Positions 31,010-41,141 of a stretch of 64,000 bases of DNA are shown piece by piece. This stretch comes from Candidatus Omnitrophota bacterium. GTDB lineage: Bacteria > Omnitrophota > Gorgyraeia > Zapsychrales > Zapsychraceae. Location: assembly GCA_029261065.1 (NCBI GenBank), contig JAJDCB010000028.1, forward strand, positions 447 to 64,446, in the 5' to 3' direction. The position numbers and the translations under genes were made by a program. Numbering within the stretch: the first letter of the stretch is position 1; every line of letters starts with the position of its first letter. The notes beneath the pieces are model-generated. The model was not told the origin of the DNA. It made no database searches and was given only the letters and a program-made list of their open reading frames with translations.

Positions 31010-33175
31010 TTAAAATTTTGCTAGTTGTTGAACGATATCTTTAGCTAATGCACTGCCAATTTGCTTGATTTGAGAGATTTGTTCGGCGGGAACGCCTTTA
31101 AGGTCTTTAAATTTGGTGAAGTTGCTGGCAAACAAGACACGCGCACGAACACGTCCAACACCTTTAAGTTGTGTTAATTCGAGAAGCTCTTCTTTGATAC
31201 CATAACGCACGCGATTACGCAGGCGTTCAAGCTCGAAGGTGAGTTTCTTTTTTTGGAGCAGATGGGCGATGCGGCAGGTGGCATGTAGCAACCATTGCGT
31301 GGCCTCCACATGACGGTAAACATCTCCGGGTCCCGTTGAGAATTGATCACAGATTTTATCCTCGCGTTCTTCCTCGATCCAATGCATCAATAACCATGTT
31401 GTTTTAAGGGTTGCTAAATACGCATAAAGATCTTCGATGGCATGGCAATTTTCAGGTGTTAACAAAAAATCTTCGTTAAAGTGCGAAGCAAACTCTTCTA
31501 AATCCTGCATGTCTTTTTTCCCAATATTCATCCGTGGTCCATCGGGTGTGCAACAAACAAGGTGAAGGATTCCACAAGCGCTAGCTGGTTTATCATTGGG
31601 TAGAAGGTTTAACCCATCTCGAATTGTCATGGTTGTGATGGGATCAAGATACAGTCGACTCGTTAATTGACCGATGGGTGTGGGAAAAAAACGATAACCG
31701 CTTTTTTCGACAAATTTCTCACGATGCAAAAAATCAAAAATGTCTCCTACGACATCCATGAGATTGGCTTCAAGTCTTTGATGGTGGAGAAAGGTGTGGG
31801 ATAAAAATTCGAACATGCTGTTAACATCATGAACGTAGCCCGCCGAGATGGATGAGAGGATGTGAATACGTAATGATGCTTCATTGGCAAGTTTAGACAT
31901 GACAGGCTCAGGCTCGGCATTAATGTATTTATCAAAAAGGGTTGAGCTTTGAGAGTTAGTTTTAGCAACGAGCACAGCCTCACCGTAATCATCATATTGA
32001 GGGCGTCCGGCACGTCCTGCGCATTGTTTGTATTCGCTTGTTGGAATGTAGACTTGGCCGACTCCATTTGCAAAGCGTTTGCAATCACGGATAATAGCTC
32101 GACGGGCAGGAAGATTAACGCCAGCCGCTAATGTGGGTGTGCAGCCTATGACTTTGATCAAATTCTTTTTAAAATTTTCTTCAATCAATTCTCGTTGGGT
32201 TGGTTTTAATCCGGCATGATGAAAGGCGGCGCCTGAAGCTACGACATCGGCGAGTTGTTGACAAATTTTTGTAGAGTTAGCCTCCGTTCCGGCTATTTTT
32301 TTGGCGAGTTTTGTGAGATTAGCTTTTTCTTCTACAGTCAATGTCTGCGCGACACTTTTACTGACTTGACGACTTACTGCCTGCGCCGAACGTCTAGAAT
32401 TGACAAAGATCAAAACTTGTCCCTGACCTTTTAGAGTATCCAGAGATAGTTTGCTGACATCATCTGGAGCATCTTCTCTAATAAGCTTGGTGCCATGCTC
32501 GTTAAAGACAATTTCTTCATTAAAATACACGCCTTCTTTTAAGGGGATAGGACGGAAATCACTTTTAACCAATTCGGCATCAAGCCAGTCCGCCATTTCT
32601 TGAGCGTTACGTATCGTCGCACTAAGAGCCAAAAGTTGCGCATTCGGACTTAATTGCTTAATGCGTGCTGTCAAAATTTCCATGGTGGGCCCGCGCAATT
32701 CATCATTGATAAAATGAATTTCATCCAAGACGACAACGGAGAGTCCATCAATAAGCCATTGTGCTTTGGAACGTAGAAGCGAGTCTACTTTCTCAGCGGT
32801 AGCAATAATAATATCGTAACGATTTAAATTTTTTGAAGGGCTATCCATATCCCCAATCGCTAATCCAACTTTGATACCTAACGCTTCATATTTATCTTTA
32901 AAATCTTTAAATTTTTCACCGGCCAGTGCTTTTAAAGGGGCTATGTAAAGACATCTTCCTTTATTAAAAAGAATAGCGCGCAACATACATAATTCTGCCA
33001 TCAGTGTTTTTCCAGCAGCCGTTGGAACAGACATCAAAACACTGTTGCCTTTAAGTAATCCTTTTTCAATAGCTTCTGCCTGAGGGGGGTAAAGATCTTC
33101 AATTCCAGATGATGTTATAATGTTAATCGCTTGAGGTGGGAAATTATAGTCTTCGAGGGATTTTTTAAGTTTCAT
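31010..33175 (-). CDS. Ski2-like SF2 DNA helicase, archaeal Hel308/Hjm type
   Basis: LYPPQAEA, PTAAGKT, PLKALA, DEIH, SAT, AFHHAGL, TPTLAAGVNLPARR, QCAGRAGRPQYD, C-terminal HhH with GVGRVRAR; 721 aa. Confidence 0.9.
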   Translation of the reverse strand: MKLKKSLEDYNFPPQAINIITSSGIEDLYPPQAEAIEKGLLKGNSVLMSVPTAAGKTLMAELCMLRAILFNKGRCLYIAPLKALAGEKFKDFKDKYEALGIKVGLAIGDMDSPSKNLNRYDIIIATAEKVDSLLRSKAQWLIDGLSVVVLDEIHFINDELRGPTMEILTARIKQLSPNAQLLALSATIRNAQEMADWLDAELVKSDFRPIPLKEGVYFNEEIVFNEHGTKLIREDAPDDVSKLSLDTLKGQGQVLIFVNSRRSAQAVSRQVSKSVAQTLTVEEKANLTKLAKKIAGTEANSTKICQQLADVVASGAAFHHAGLKPTQRELIEENFKKNLIKVIGCTPTLAAGVNLPARRAIIRDCKRFANGVGQVYIPTSEYKQCAGRAGRPQYDDYGEAVLVAKTNSQSSTLFDKYINAEPEPVMSKLANEASLRIHILSSISAGYVHDVNSMFEFLSHTFLHHQRLEANLMDVVGDIFDFLHREKFVEKSGYRFFPTPIGQLTSRLYLDPITTMTIRDGLNLLPNDKPASACGILHLVCCTPDGPRMNIGKKDMQDLEEFASHFNEDFLLTPENCHAIEDLYAYLATLKTTWLLMHWIEEEREDKICDQFSTGPGDVYRHVEATQWLLHATCRIAHLLQKKKLTFELERLRNRVRYGIKEELLELTQLKGVGRVRARVLFASNFTKFKDLKGVPAEQISQIKQIGSALAKDIVQQLAKF

Positions 33176-33342
33176 ATGTGCATTGTTGTATCATATTTAA
33201 ATTGGGGAATCAAGGATGTTAAGCGAGTCTGTAGGACACAATTGTATATAGTTCTTTTAAATTTAAAGCCTTATCTATATAATGCCTTCAAAGATGAATA
33301 AAGAGATAAAGGGTTCTTGTTTTTAAGAACGATTTAGCGGAT

Positions 33343-34314
33343 ATGAACAATTATTTTAAAGATATTATTTTAGACGTCATGAAGGCAAGTGATCTTGTTG
33401 AAATCGATAAGATTCAAGAGTTATGGAGTGGGTATGGTTCGATTTTGCGTTTTGGGCTTAAAGGTTCGGACGTTTCTTCAATTGTGGTTAAGCATGTGTG
33501 TTTGGAAGGTGAAGATTCTCATCCTCGCGGTTGGAATACGGATTTATCTCATCAGAGAAAATTAAAATCATATAGAGTTGAAACAGCTTGGTATCAGCGT
33601 TGGAGTCGTTCTTGTGATGAGGCTTGTCATGTGCCTGAATGTTTTGTTTGTGAATCTAATGATAATGAGATGTTGATTGTTTTGGAGGATTTAGATAGGA
33701 CTGGTTATGAAGATCGAAAGACTTCTGTGTCGATCCATGAAATGAAGGTGTGTTTAAAGTGGTTAGCTTTCTTTCACGCCACATTTATGGGGAAGTCACC
33801 AGATGATTTGTGGGAAGTGGGGACATATTGGCATTTGGATACACGTCCTGATGAGTTTAAGGTTTTAGAGGATAAGGCTTTAAAAGATGCTGCGGGGATT
33901 ATTGATCAAAAGTTAAAAGATTCGCATTTTCAGACTTTTGTCCATGGTGATGCCAAGTTAGCCAACTTTTGTTTTTCTCAGGATGGCAAACGCGTGGCTG
34001 CTGTTGATTTTCAGTATGTGGGCGGTGGTTGTGGAATGAAAGATGTTGCGTATTTTATTGGCAGCTGTTTGCATGAGGTTGATTGTGAAAGGTATGAAGC
34101 GCAGTTATTAGATTATTATTTTCAGATGTTAAAAGAGGCTTTAGAGGCAAAACTAAAAACGATTGATGTTCAAGCGCTCGAGTGTGACTGGCGGTCTTTG
34201 TATGCAGTCGCATGGACAGACTTTCATCGTTTTATGAAAGGTTGGAGTCCGGGCCATTGGAAGATTAACGATTACAGCGAGCGGATGGCTCGCAAAGTAT
34301 TGGAGAATTTATGA
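33343..34314 (+). CDS. Choline/ecdysteroid-kinase-like phosphotransferase
   Basis: [22 protein letters not shown]. Confidence 0.85.
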   Translation: MNNYFKDIILDVMKASDLVEIDKIQELWSGYGSILRFGLKGSDVSSIVVKHVCLEGEDSHPRGWNTDLSHQRKLKSYRVETAWYQRWSRSCDEACHVPECFVCESNDNEMLIVLEDLDRTGYEDRKTSVSIHEMKVCLKWLAFFHATFMGKSPDDLWEVGTYWHLDTRPDEFKVLEDKALKDAAGIIDQKLKDSHFQTFVHGDAKLANFCFSQDGKRVAAVDFQYVGGGCGMKDVAYFIGSCLHEVDCERYEAQLLDYYFQMLKEALEAKLKTIDVQALECDWRSLYAVAWTDFHRFMKGWSPGHWKINDYSERMARKVLENL

Positions 34315-35090
34315 ATTTAAGTTTAGATGATTTAGATGTGCTTGGCAAAGTGGCTATTAAAGCGGCGAAGCAGGCAGGCAGCCTTATTGAAGAGAGGGCG
34401 GGATCTGAAGTTTCTTTTGAGAAAAAAGAGACGGGGGCGAGTTTGGCCTCGCAAGTTGTTACAGAAGTTGATCGCATGAGTCAGGAGATTATTTTGGAGC
34501 ATGTTAAGCCAACATGTCCTAAATATGATCTTGGTTTGTTGGCCGAAGAAAGCGAGGATGATTGTAGTCGTTTTAAAAAAGATTTTTTTTGGAGTATTGA
34601 TCCAGTGGATGGGACGTTGCCATTTATTGAGTCGCGAGAAGGTTATGCGGTGTCGATTGGTTTGGTCTCAAAGGGCGGTGTTCCCTATATCGGTGTCATC
34701 TATGATCCTTTTCATAAGGTGTTGTACCATGCTATAAAAGGGATTGGTGCTTGTCGCAATGAAGAACAATGGCATCCAGATTTAAGCAGCTATGAATCCT
34801 ATCAGGAGCTTGATCGCGGGGGAGCGGTGATGAATGCGTGTTGGGTTTTAGAGAGTGCGCCTTCCTGTTTTTACAAAAATCCGAAATCTCAAAATGGAGG
34901 CGGGTGTGTATGGGATTATGCTGCAAGCGCATGCCTCTTTGAAACTCTTGGTGCGTGGGTCAGCGATATTTATGGTCATCCTCTTGAACTCAATCGTAAA
35001 GAGGCTCCATACATGAATCATAAGGGTGTTTTATTTGCGAGTAATGAAAATGTTGCCAAAAATTTTATGAAGAAAGAGGGAAGGTCATAA
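34311..35090 (+). CDS. Inositol monophosphatase/CysQ-family protein
   Basis: [24 protein letters not shown]. Confidence 0.88.
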   Translation: MNLSLDDLDVLGKVAIKAAKQAGSLIEERAGSEVSFEKKETGASLASQVVTEVDRMSQEIILEHVKPTCPKYDLGLLAEESEDDCSRFKKDFFWSIDPVDGTLPFIESREGYAVSIGLVSKGGVPYIGVIYDPFHKVLYHAIKGIGACRNEEQWHPDLSSYESYQELDRGGAVMNACWVLESAPSCFYKNPKSQNGGGCVWDYAASACLFETLGAWVSDIYGHPLELNRKEAPYMNHKGVLFASNENVAKNFMKKEGRS

Positions 35091-35242
35091 AAACGCCTCT
35101 AAAATCGCAACCATACGATGAAAGAGGCTAACTGATGGGAAATCAGCTGTTGAAAGTATACGTTACTTTCAGGAGATGTCAATTAAAATAAGACGAGCTG
35201 TTTGTAATCTTATTTTAGCGAAATTTTAAGTTAGGAGTTGAA

Positions 35243-36253
35243 GTGAAGAAGGCCTTTAATAAGGTATTAACATCTACATTGTATTTTTTTGGGATTTCTG
35301 GCTCTGAGAATTATCAGATTCAACAACGAGAGGCTCTTAATCTTGCTATTGATGGTCATTTCAAAAAGGCTAAATCTAGGTTCGTTAAGCTTTTTGAGAT
35401 CAATATTTTTCATGATATGATTGGTGACTGCATCACGGTTATTGATCAAGTTCAAGATAAGAAAATTTCCAAAGAATTGGCGCAGAGATTATTTGAAGGG
35501 TATTTGTTGGGATGTGATAATAATTGGAAGAAGGCCATAGACATTTTTAATGAGGTTATTAAATCTTCGGTTGATATTCAATCAGTCTTTTTGTATTATT
35601 CCAGAGGGTATGCCTTTTATTTAGATCAAAATTATGAGGCGGCGATAGCTGATTTGGGCAAGGTTATTGAGTTAGATGATCGTTACTATCGCGCTTATTC
35701 CATTAGAGGTCATATTTATGCTGAGCAGCAAAGGTTTGATGATGCGATAGCTGATTTTAATCGTATAGAAAAAATTACAGGCGGAACGGCGGATATGTTT
35801 TTATCGCGAGGTTATTGCTATGAGCAGGTGAAGCAGTATCAGCAAGCTGTGAAAGATTACACAGAAATCATTCGGCTTGAACCTGAATCAGAGGTTGGTT
35901 ACAGTTACAGAGGGGCTGTGAATTGTACTATTTTAAAAGAGTATGAAAAGGCTATCAAAGATCTTAATCAAGCTATTGCGATAAAATCTAATTGCAAAGA
36001 TTATACGCTGCGAGCAACAGCACTTTTTAATCTTGAAAAATGGGAAGAGTCGAGTGCTGACTTTGATCAAGTCTTGGATATTTACCCAAATGACGCTTAT
36101 GCCACTTATCATCAAGCCGAAATATATGAGAAGCAAGGAAAGAGCAAAGAGGCCTTGGCGATGTATAAAAGGTGTTTAGCTGCTGATCATGAAGTTAAAG
36201 AGAATGTAATATTTGTAAAAGAGGCTATTAAAAGATTGGAGAGGGTTAATTGA
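35243..36253 (+). CDS. TPR-repeat protein
   Basis: Repeated RG..Y.....Y..AI.D...I.L.P units. Confidence 0.88.
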   Translation: MKKAFNKVLTSTLYFFGISGSENYQIQQREALNLAIDGHFKKAKSRFVKLFEINIFHDMIGDCITVIDQVQDKKISKELAQRLFEGYLLGCDNNWKKAIDIFNEVIKSSVDIQSVFLYYSRGYAFYLDQNYEAAIADLGKVIELDDRYYRAYSIRGHIYAEQQRFDDAIADFNRIEKITGGTADMFLSRGYCYEQVKQYQQAVKDYTEIIRLEPESEVGYSYRGAVNCTILKEYEKAIKDLNQAIAIKSNCKDYTLRATALFNLEKWEESSADFDQVLDIYPNDAYATYHQAEIYEKQGKSKEALAMYKRCLAADHEVKENVIFVKEAIKRLERVN

Positions 36254-36338
36254 GTAAGGTGTTGTTTATTGCGATTGACATCAGAGAAAATTTATTTTAA
36301 TGTTGAGAGGATTTTAATAAACACTGAGAGGTTTTATA

Positions 36339-36776
36339 ATGCGCATAATCATTCAACGAGTTACCCAAGCCAAAGTTGAGGTCGATTCTCAAGTAACAGG
36401 GGTAATTGCTGCGGGGATGTTGGTGTTTTTAGGAGTTGGGCAGGGGGATGATGAGGCTGCTGCTGATACCTTAATTGAAAAAATGGTGTTATTACGTATT
36501 TTTGATGATGATCAAGGTAAAATGAATCTTTCCGCCCTTGATACTAAGGCTGAATTTCTTATTGTTTCTCAATTTACTCTTTACGGCGATTGTTCTAAGG
36601 GTCGTCGTCCTTCCTTTGATAAAGCTGCGGATCCCAAATCTGCGAATCAGCTTTACGAATATTTCATTGAACAACTTAAAAAGAAGGGCTTAAAGGTAGA
36701 AACCGGACGATTTGGTGCTATGATGGACGTGTCGTTGGTTAACGATGGGCCGGTTACGTTTTTTTTAGAGAGTTAA
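36339..36776 (+). CDS. dtd: D-aminoacyl-tRNA deacylase
   Basis: QRV..A.V.V, LRIF, SQFTL, GRRPSF, NDGPVT. Confidence 0.97.
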   Translation: MRIIIQRVTQAKVEVDSQVTGVIAAGMLVFLGVGQGDDEAAADTLIEKMVLLRIFDDDQGKMNLSALDTKAEFLIVSQFTLYGDCSKGRRPSFDKAADPKSANQLYEYFIEQLKKKGLKVETGRFGAMMDVSLVNDGPVTFFLES

Positions 36777-36818
36777 ACGCGAAAGGAACGCGAAAAAGTA
36801 CGCGAAAGGATGCGAAAA
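36776..36818 (+). repeat. Short 11-12-bp tandem repeat (ACGCGAAA core, x4)
   Basis: aacgcgaaagg aacgcgaaaaag tacgcgaaagg atgcgaaaa. Confidence 0.7.
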
Positions 36819-37109
36819 TTGTTATTTAAGTTTATAAGATATTTGATTGCTGGGTTGGTGATTATTTTTACTGTAATTGCAGCATTTTTTTCATATCACC
36901 ATATTTTTTATTTTTTGCCCTCAATGAAAAATAATTGTTTGAGTGAAGACTTTAACCCTGAGTCTTATGGAAGTTCCGCTATGTATTGCGATCCTGTTAC
37001 AGTGGGCTTATCAATAAAATTGATTCTATTTGGGTTGGCGATATTGTGTGCGGTCATTTATTTACTTCTTCGGAAAAAGAAGGTGAAAGTATTTGGTAAG
37101 GAAGTATGA
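36810..37109 (+). CDS. Hypothetical 2-TM membrane protein
   Basis: Two hydrophobic helices; ATGA overlap with tatD. Confidence 0.6.
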   Translation: MRKLLFKFIRYLIAGLVIIFTVIAAFFSYHHIFYFLPSMKNNCLSEDFNPESYGSSAMYCDPVTVGLSIKLILFGLAILCAVIYLLLRKKKVKVFGKEV

Positions 37110-37894
37110 AGATTATTGATACGCATGCGCATTTAGATCAAATCAAGGATCTCGATCAAGCCTTGGACAATGCTCGAGAAGCGGGTGTTGTGGGTATTGT
37201 TTTGATTAGTATGGATTTTGAGTCTTCTAAGAGATGTTTGGAAATAAAAAAGCGTGTGACAGATCCAAAGATTTATTTAGGGATGGGGATGCATCCTTCT
37301 GAAGCGAATTTAGATGATTTAGAAGATTGTGTAAAATTAATTTATGATAATGTTGAGAGCTTGCATGCGATTGGTGAGATTGGATTGGACTTTTGGTACA
37401 AGGATGTTCGTAAAAGTGACGAGAAAAAAGAGATCCAAGTTAAAGTCTTTCGACGATTTTTAGAGGTTGCGCGTGATGTGAATCTTCCCGCCGTGATTCA
37501 TTCGCGGGGAGCTGAGCAAGAATGTTTGGATATTGTTCTGGAGTTAGGTATCACTCAGGCTGAGTTTCATTGGTACAGTGGATCGGTTCCTATTTTAGAG
37601 AAGATCATTGAGCATGGCTATTATGTGTCCACGTCTCCGAGTGTTGTGCATTCCGCGCCGACTAAAGAAGTCATGGCTGCGGCTCCTGTTGAAAGAATTT
37701 TGTTAGAAACAGATTCGCCTGTATATTTTAAAAATAGAAAGACAGGAGAGGGGTTTGAAGCCGAACCAAAAGATGTTATTCGTACATTAAAGGGGGTATG
37801 CCAGCTTAAAGGCTTAGACCCAGATCAAGCACACCATTTATTTAATAAAAATGCCAAAGATTTTTTCCATATGGATGATATGGATTGTGGTTAA
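37106..37894 (+). CDS. tatD: TatD-family hydrolase
   Basis: DTHAH, GMHP, IGEIGLD, IHSR, ETDSP. Confidence 0.9.
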   Translation: MKIIDTHAHLDQIKDLDQALDNAREAGVVGIVLISMDFESSKRCLEIKKRVTDPKIYLGMGMHPSEANLDDLEDCVKLIYDNVESLHAIGEIGLDFWYKDVRKSDEKKEIQVKVFRRFLEVARDVNLPAVIHSRGAEQECLDIVLELGITQAEFHWYSGSVPILEKIIEHGYYVSTSPSVVHSAPTKEVMAAAPVERILLETDSPVYFKNRKTGEGFEAEPKDVIRTLKGVCQLKGLDPDQAHHLFNKNAKDFFHMDDMDCG

Positions 37895-37909
37895 GCTTAG
37901 GGAGATTTT

Positions 37910-39970
37910 ATGAAAAAGACTTTAATTATAGTTTTAACTTTTTTGATTTTGGCTTCAGTGGGTTTTGCGGGCTATTTATTTTTACAAAAGACGGATGACC
38001 GGCTTAATACTGTTTTACCTGAAGGCGCTGTAGCTACGTTTGAAGTTCATGATTTTAAAAAAACATTAGGACAGTTAAGTCAATCTCCCCTTTGGAAAGA
38101 TTTTGCTCAGTTAGATATCGATACCTTAGCTAAGAAAAGAGTTGTGGATGATAGGTTAAAGTCTTTTTATGACATTATTGTAGATTTTGTTGAAAACCCT
38201 TCTTCTCAAACGTATGCCAATATGTTGTTGGGACATGAATTCGCCATTGGACTGTATCCTTTAAAAGCAGATCCAAATAGTTCGGCTCCATTGGTTGCTG
38301 ATCCTTTAGCAGGAGCAGTTTTGGTGACACGTGTTGAGCCTGATGCGCAGTTTATCGAATTGATCGCTAGACTCTTGCAGCAACCGGCTAAAGATGTGCG
38401 TATTAAAAAAATAAAATATGGTGAGCATCTATTGCGCGTTGTGAATGTGAACACCATGGGGGTGCAAGTCGTTTATGTGCGCGTAAAAGATTTAGTTTTA
38501 GCGGGTTTAAGTACGCGTGTCGTAAAAAATGTTCTTGATGTTTTAGATGAAGACGCCCTAAGTTTAAGCCAAGATATTCATTACACAGAAGCTTCCCAAT
38601 CTCATATGAAGGATTCTGATTTTGCCTTTTATTGGCATATTTACGAGACATTTGATCTTATAAAACTAGGTGTTCAGAAATACTTAATGGCAACGGATAT
38701 GGATTCTCCTGCGGCACAAGAGCGCTTAGATGAATTCTTGCAACAGTTTTCAGGTTTTAACTATTTTGCGTTTTCTGTTGTGTGGGACATGTTAACAGAG
38801 ATGAATGCTGTTATGCATTTTGATCAGGAAGAATTACATCCAGGTGTCGCTTCTAATTATGTAACCTGTCAATCGGGAGAAAATAAGACGCTTGAGTTTC
38901 CTCCACAGGAGAGTTTAGTTTATTATTGGAATCGATGTCTCGATCTTGGCAAAAAATGGGATGAGATGATTGATACGTTAAAAAAAGCAGGTCCTAAGGC
39001 CTCCGGCGTTGATCCTACCCAACAGGTAAAAGTTATTGAACAGACATTAGGATTAAGCATGCGTGATCAAGTGATTCCAGCTTTTGGGAATGAAATTGGA
39101 GGTTACGTCACAGATGTTAACATGGAGGGCATGTTTCCTATTCCTAAATTTTTGTTTTTTATCCAGGTGCTGGATCAAGAAATAGTACAAGCGATTTTAG
39201 ATAAGTTAAAGACATTGCCTTTTTTTGTTTTACAAACCGAGGATTACGATCAGACGACTATAAATTATTTATCATTGCCTTTAGGGAGTGATGTTGAGCC
39301 TAGTTTTGGTTTTTACAAAGATTTTCTAATGATTGCCATGAATCGTCAATTGATGAAATCATCAATTGATGCGGCTAAGAATGGTTCCTCCTCATTAGCT
39401 CGTCAAGATTCTTTTCGTGCTCTGAAGTTAAATTCGAAAGAGGAGAGTACAGATATATTGTTTATTGATATGGATCAAGTCACAAGCGTTGTTCGTGATG
39501 TGGTTGATTACACCTTACAATGGCAAGAAAAAGAGAACTTAAAGAAGAATGCCTTTCAAAAGGGAAGTGAGAATCGCTTAAAAGATGCACAAGATTCTGT
39601 TCGCAAAATGATGTCGGGCAAAAAAGAACTAAATGACAAAGTTCTGTCTCTAAATAAACAAATTAAGGATTTAGAAGGTACAAACCAAGATGCCACACAA
39701 GCTAAGGCCGATTTAGCTGATGTTTACAAAGCTATAACTGCACTAGATGTGGAGTTGACGGGGGCTCGTGAACAATTAATCGAAATAGATGGCATTGTAA
39801 AAGAATTCAAAAAGAATTCTCGTGCCATTAATCAAAAACAGATGGCGTTAGAGATGTTTATGTATCCATTATTAGAAAGCTTGCAAGCTATTGATTCTTT
39901 AGGTACGCGTTCTTTTTCGCAAGAAGGTAATATTGAATCAAAAATATTTTTTAAATTAAAGGAACAGTAG
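37910..39970 (+). CDS. Membrane-anchored DUF3352-like protein with C-terminal coiled coil
   Basis: N-terminal TM, 'VLPEGA', two repeated alpha/beta halves (LGHEFAIGL; FGNEIGGY), heptad-rich region near the C-terminus. Confidence 0.6.
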   Translation: MKKTLIIVLTFLILASVGFAGYLFLQKTDDRLNTVLPEGAVATFEVHDFKKTLGQLSQSPLWKDFAQLDIDTLAKKRVVDDRLKSFYDIIVDFVENPSSQTYANMLLGHEFAIGLYPLKADPNSSAPLVADPLAGAVLVTRVEPDAQFIELIARLLQQPAKDVRIKKIKYGEHLLRVVNVNTMGVQVVYVRVKDLVLAGLSTRVVKNVLDVLDEDALSLSQDIHYTEASQSHMKDSDFAFYWHIYETFDLIKLGVQKYLMATDMDSPAAQERLDEFLQQFSGFNYFAFSVVWDMLTEMNAVMHFDQEELHPGVASNYVTCQSGENKTLEFPPQESLVYYWNRCLDLGKKWDEMIDTLKKAGPKASGVDPTQQVKVIEQTLGLSMRDQVIPAFGNEIGGYVTDVNMEGMFPIPKFLFFIQVLDQEIVQAILDKLKTLPFFVLQTEDYDQTTINYLSLPLGSDVEPSFGFYKDFLMIAMNRQLMKSSIDAAKNGSSSLARQDSFRALKLNSKEESTDILFIDMDQVTSVVRDVVDYTLQWQEKENLKKNAFQKGSENRLKDAQDSVRKMMSGKKELNDKVLSLNKQIKDLEGTNQDATQAKADLADVYKAITALDVELTGAREQLIEIDGIVKEFKKNSRAINQKQMALEMFMYPLLESLQAIDSLGTRSFSQEGNIESKIFFKLKEQ

Positions 39971-39973
39971 TCG

Positions 39974-40381
39974 ATGTCAAATGAGTCTAGGTATGAGAGA
40001 GGCTGGGAGACATTAGAGAAAATCAATAGTCAGGCTGGTGAGCGGATTCTTGATTTACTTAAAGACATTAGTCCAGAGATGGCTAAACTTGTTATTGAGT
40101 TTCCTTATGGCGATATTTATTCTCGTCCAGGATTGAATATGAAGACGCGTGAGTTAATCACTATAGCGTCTTTAACAACGTTAGGTTTTGCCAAAGATCA
40201 ATTAAAGGCGCATGTTTTTAATGCCTTAAACTGCGGATGCACAAAGGAAGAGATTGTTGAGGTGATGATGCAGATGTCGATTTACGCTGGTTTTCCAGCG
40301 GCATTAAATGCTTTGTTTGTGGCTGGAGAGGTTTTTTTGGGGGAAGATAAAGAGGGTGTTAGTGGTAGAGTGGTAAAGTGA
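39974..40381 (+). CDS. Carboxymuconolactone decarboxylase-family protein
   Basis: RYERG, EFPYGDIYSRPGL...RELITIA, YAGFPAALNA. Confidence 0.92.
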   Translation: MSNESRYERGWETLEKINSQAGERILDLLKDISPEMAKLVIEFPYGDIYSRPGLNMKTRELITIASLTTLGFAKDQLKAHVFNALNCGCTKEEIVEVMMQMSIYAGFPAALNALFVAGEVFLGEDKEGVSGRVVK

Positions 40382-40487
40382 TAGAGTGGTAGGTTTGATG
40401 GATGAAAAAAAAGATATGCAAATAGATAAAAACCTACCACTAACTTCCCTTTCAATATCCATTACCACTCTACCACTTTACCACTAA
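40359..40487. repeat. Inverted repeat built from 9-bp tandem units (AGTGGTARA ... TYTACCACT)
   Basis: agtggtagagtggtaaagtgatagagtggtaggttt mirrored by aaacctaccact and taccactctaccactttaccact. Confidence 0.75.
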
Positions 40488-40513
40488 ATCTGCTTATCAA
40501 ATTAATAAAAACT

Positions 40514-40837
40514 ATGCTTTTTACTTACGGTCAAGGAACATATTTAGAAGAGAGTAAGCGCGTCGATGGCGAGGTTGTTTTAAGTGAGCTTAAGCTTTAT
40601 TTAAAAGGACCAGAAGGTGATTACGCGCAGACTTACGTTCCTCTAGATAGGGTTGAGAAAATAAGAAAAGGGTCTGGCGGATTAGAAGTTTTTATTCGTC
40701 AGACGACATTTCATCAGTATGTTGCGGTTATTCAATTGGATAAGAAAAATTTAGAAGAATTGATTAAAGATATTGTGCAGTTTCGCGGATTTAAAAAACA
40801 ATTTCTTAAATCAGAATGGACGGAAGACTTATCTTAA
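40514..40837 (+). CDS. Hypothetical protein
   Basis: 107-aa ORF, operon-like packing. Confidence 0.6.
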   Translation: MLFTYGQGTYLEESKRVDGEVVLSELKLYLKGPEGDYAQTYVPLDRVEKIRKGSGGLEVFIRQTTFHQYVAVIQLDKKNLEELIKDIVQFRGFKKQFLKSEWTEDLS

Positions 40838-41019
40838 AGAAACATCCACCTATTTTATTACTGTTACTGCTTTTATTTCTTGTAACGCTCACATCTGGCT
40901 GTTCGACTTTGCTTCAGCTTCCAGTTGCCCTGGTAGAGGGAACATTTTCGTTGTTAGGGCAAATTATTAAGCTGGTTGGAAAGTTGCCTAAACCTCCGCC
41001 GGGAGTGTTTGGTATTTAG
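40816..41019 (+). CDS. Small lipoprotein
   Basis: Hydrophobic stretch followed by lipobox-like LTSGC. Confidence 0.55.
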   Translation: MDGRLILKKHPPILLLLLLLFLVTLTSGCSTLLQLPVALVEGTFSLLGQIIKLVGKLPKPPPGVFGI

Positions 41020-41030
41020 GGAAATAATAT

Positions 41031-41103
41031 TGTCATCCTCGCGAAAGCGGGGAGCCAGTAATAGTATGACTTGTTGGAGATCCCCGCTTTCGAGGGGATG
41101 ACA
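41031..41103. repeat. TGTC/CGTC-type REP dimer (dRS3/RPE-4-like)
   Basis: tgtcatcctcgcgaaagcgggga...tccccgctttcgaggggatgaca. Confidence 0.88.
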
Positions 41104-41141
41104 ATGTTTTTATTGATTGTATTTTTTTGTTGGTAGCACGA

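Noticed and set aside
35092-35240. Integron attC-like site (CTAAC...GTTAG with internal hairpins)
   Set aside because: Inner boxes pair poorly, there is a single copy and no integrase; treated as unexplained small hairpins
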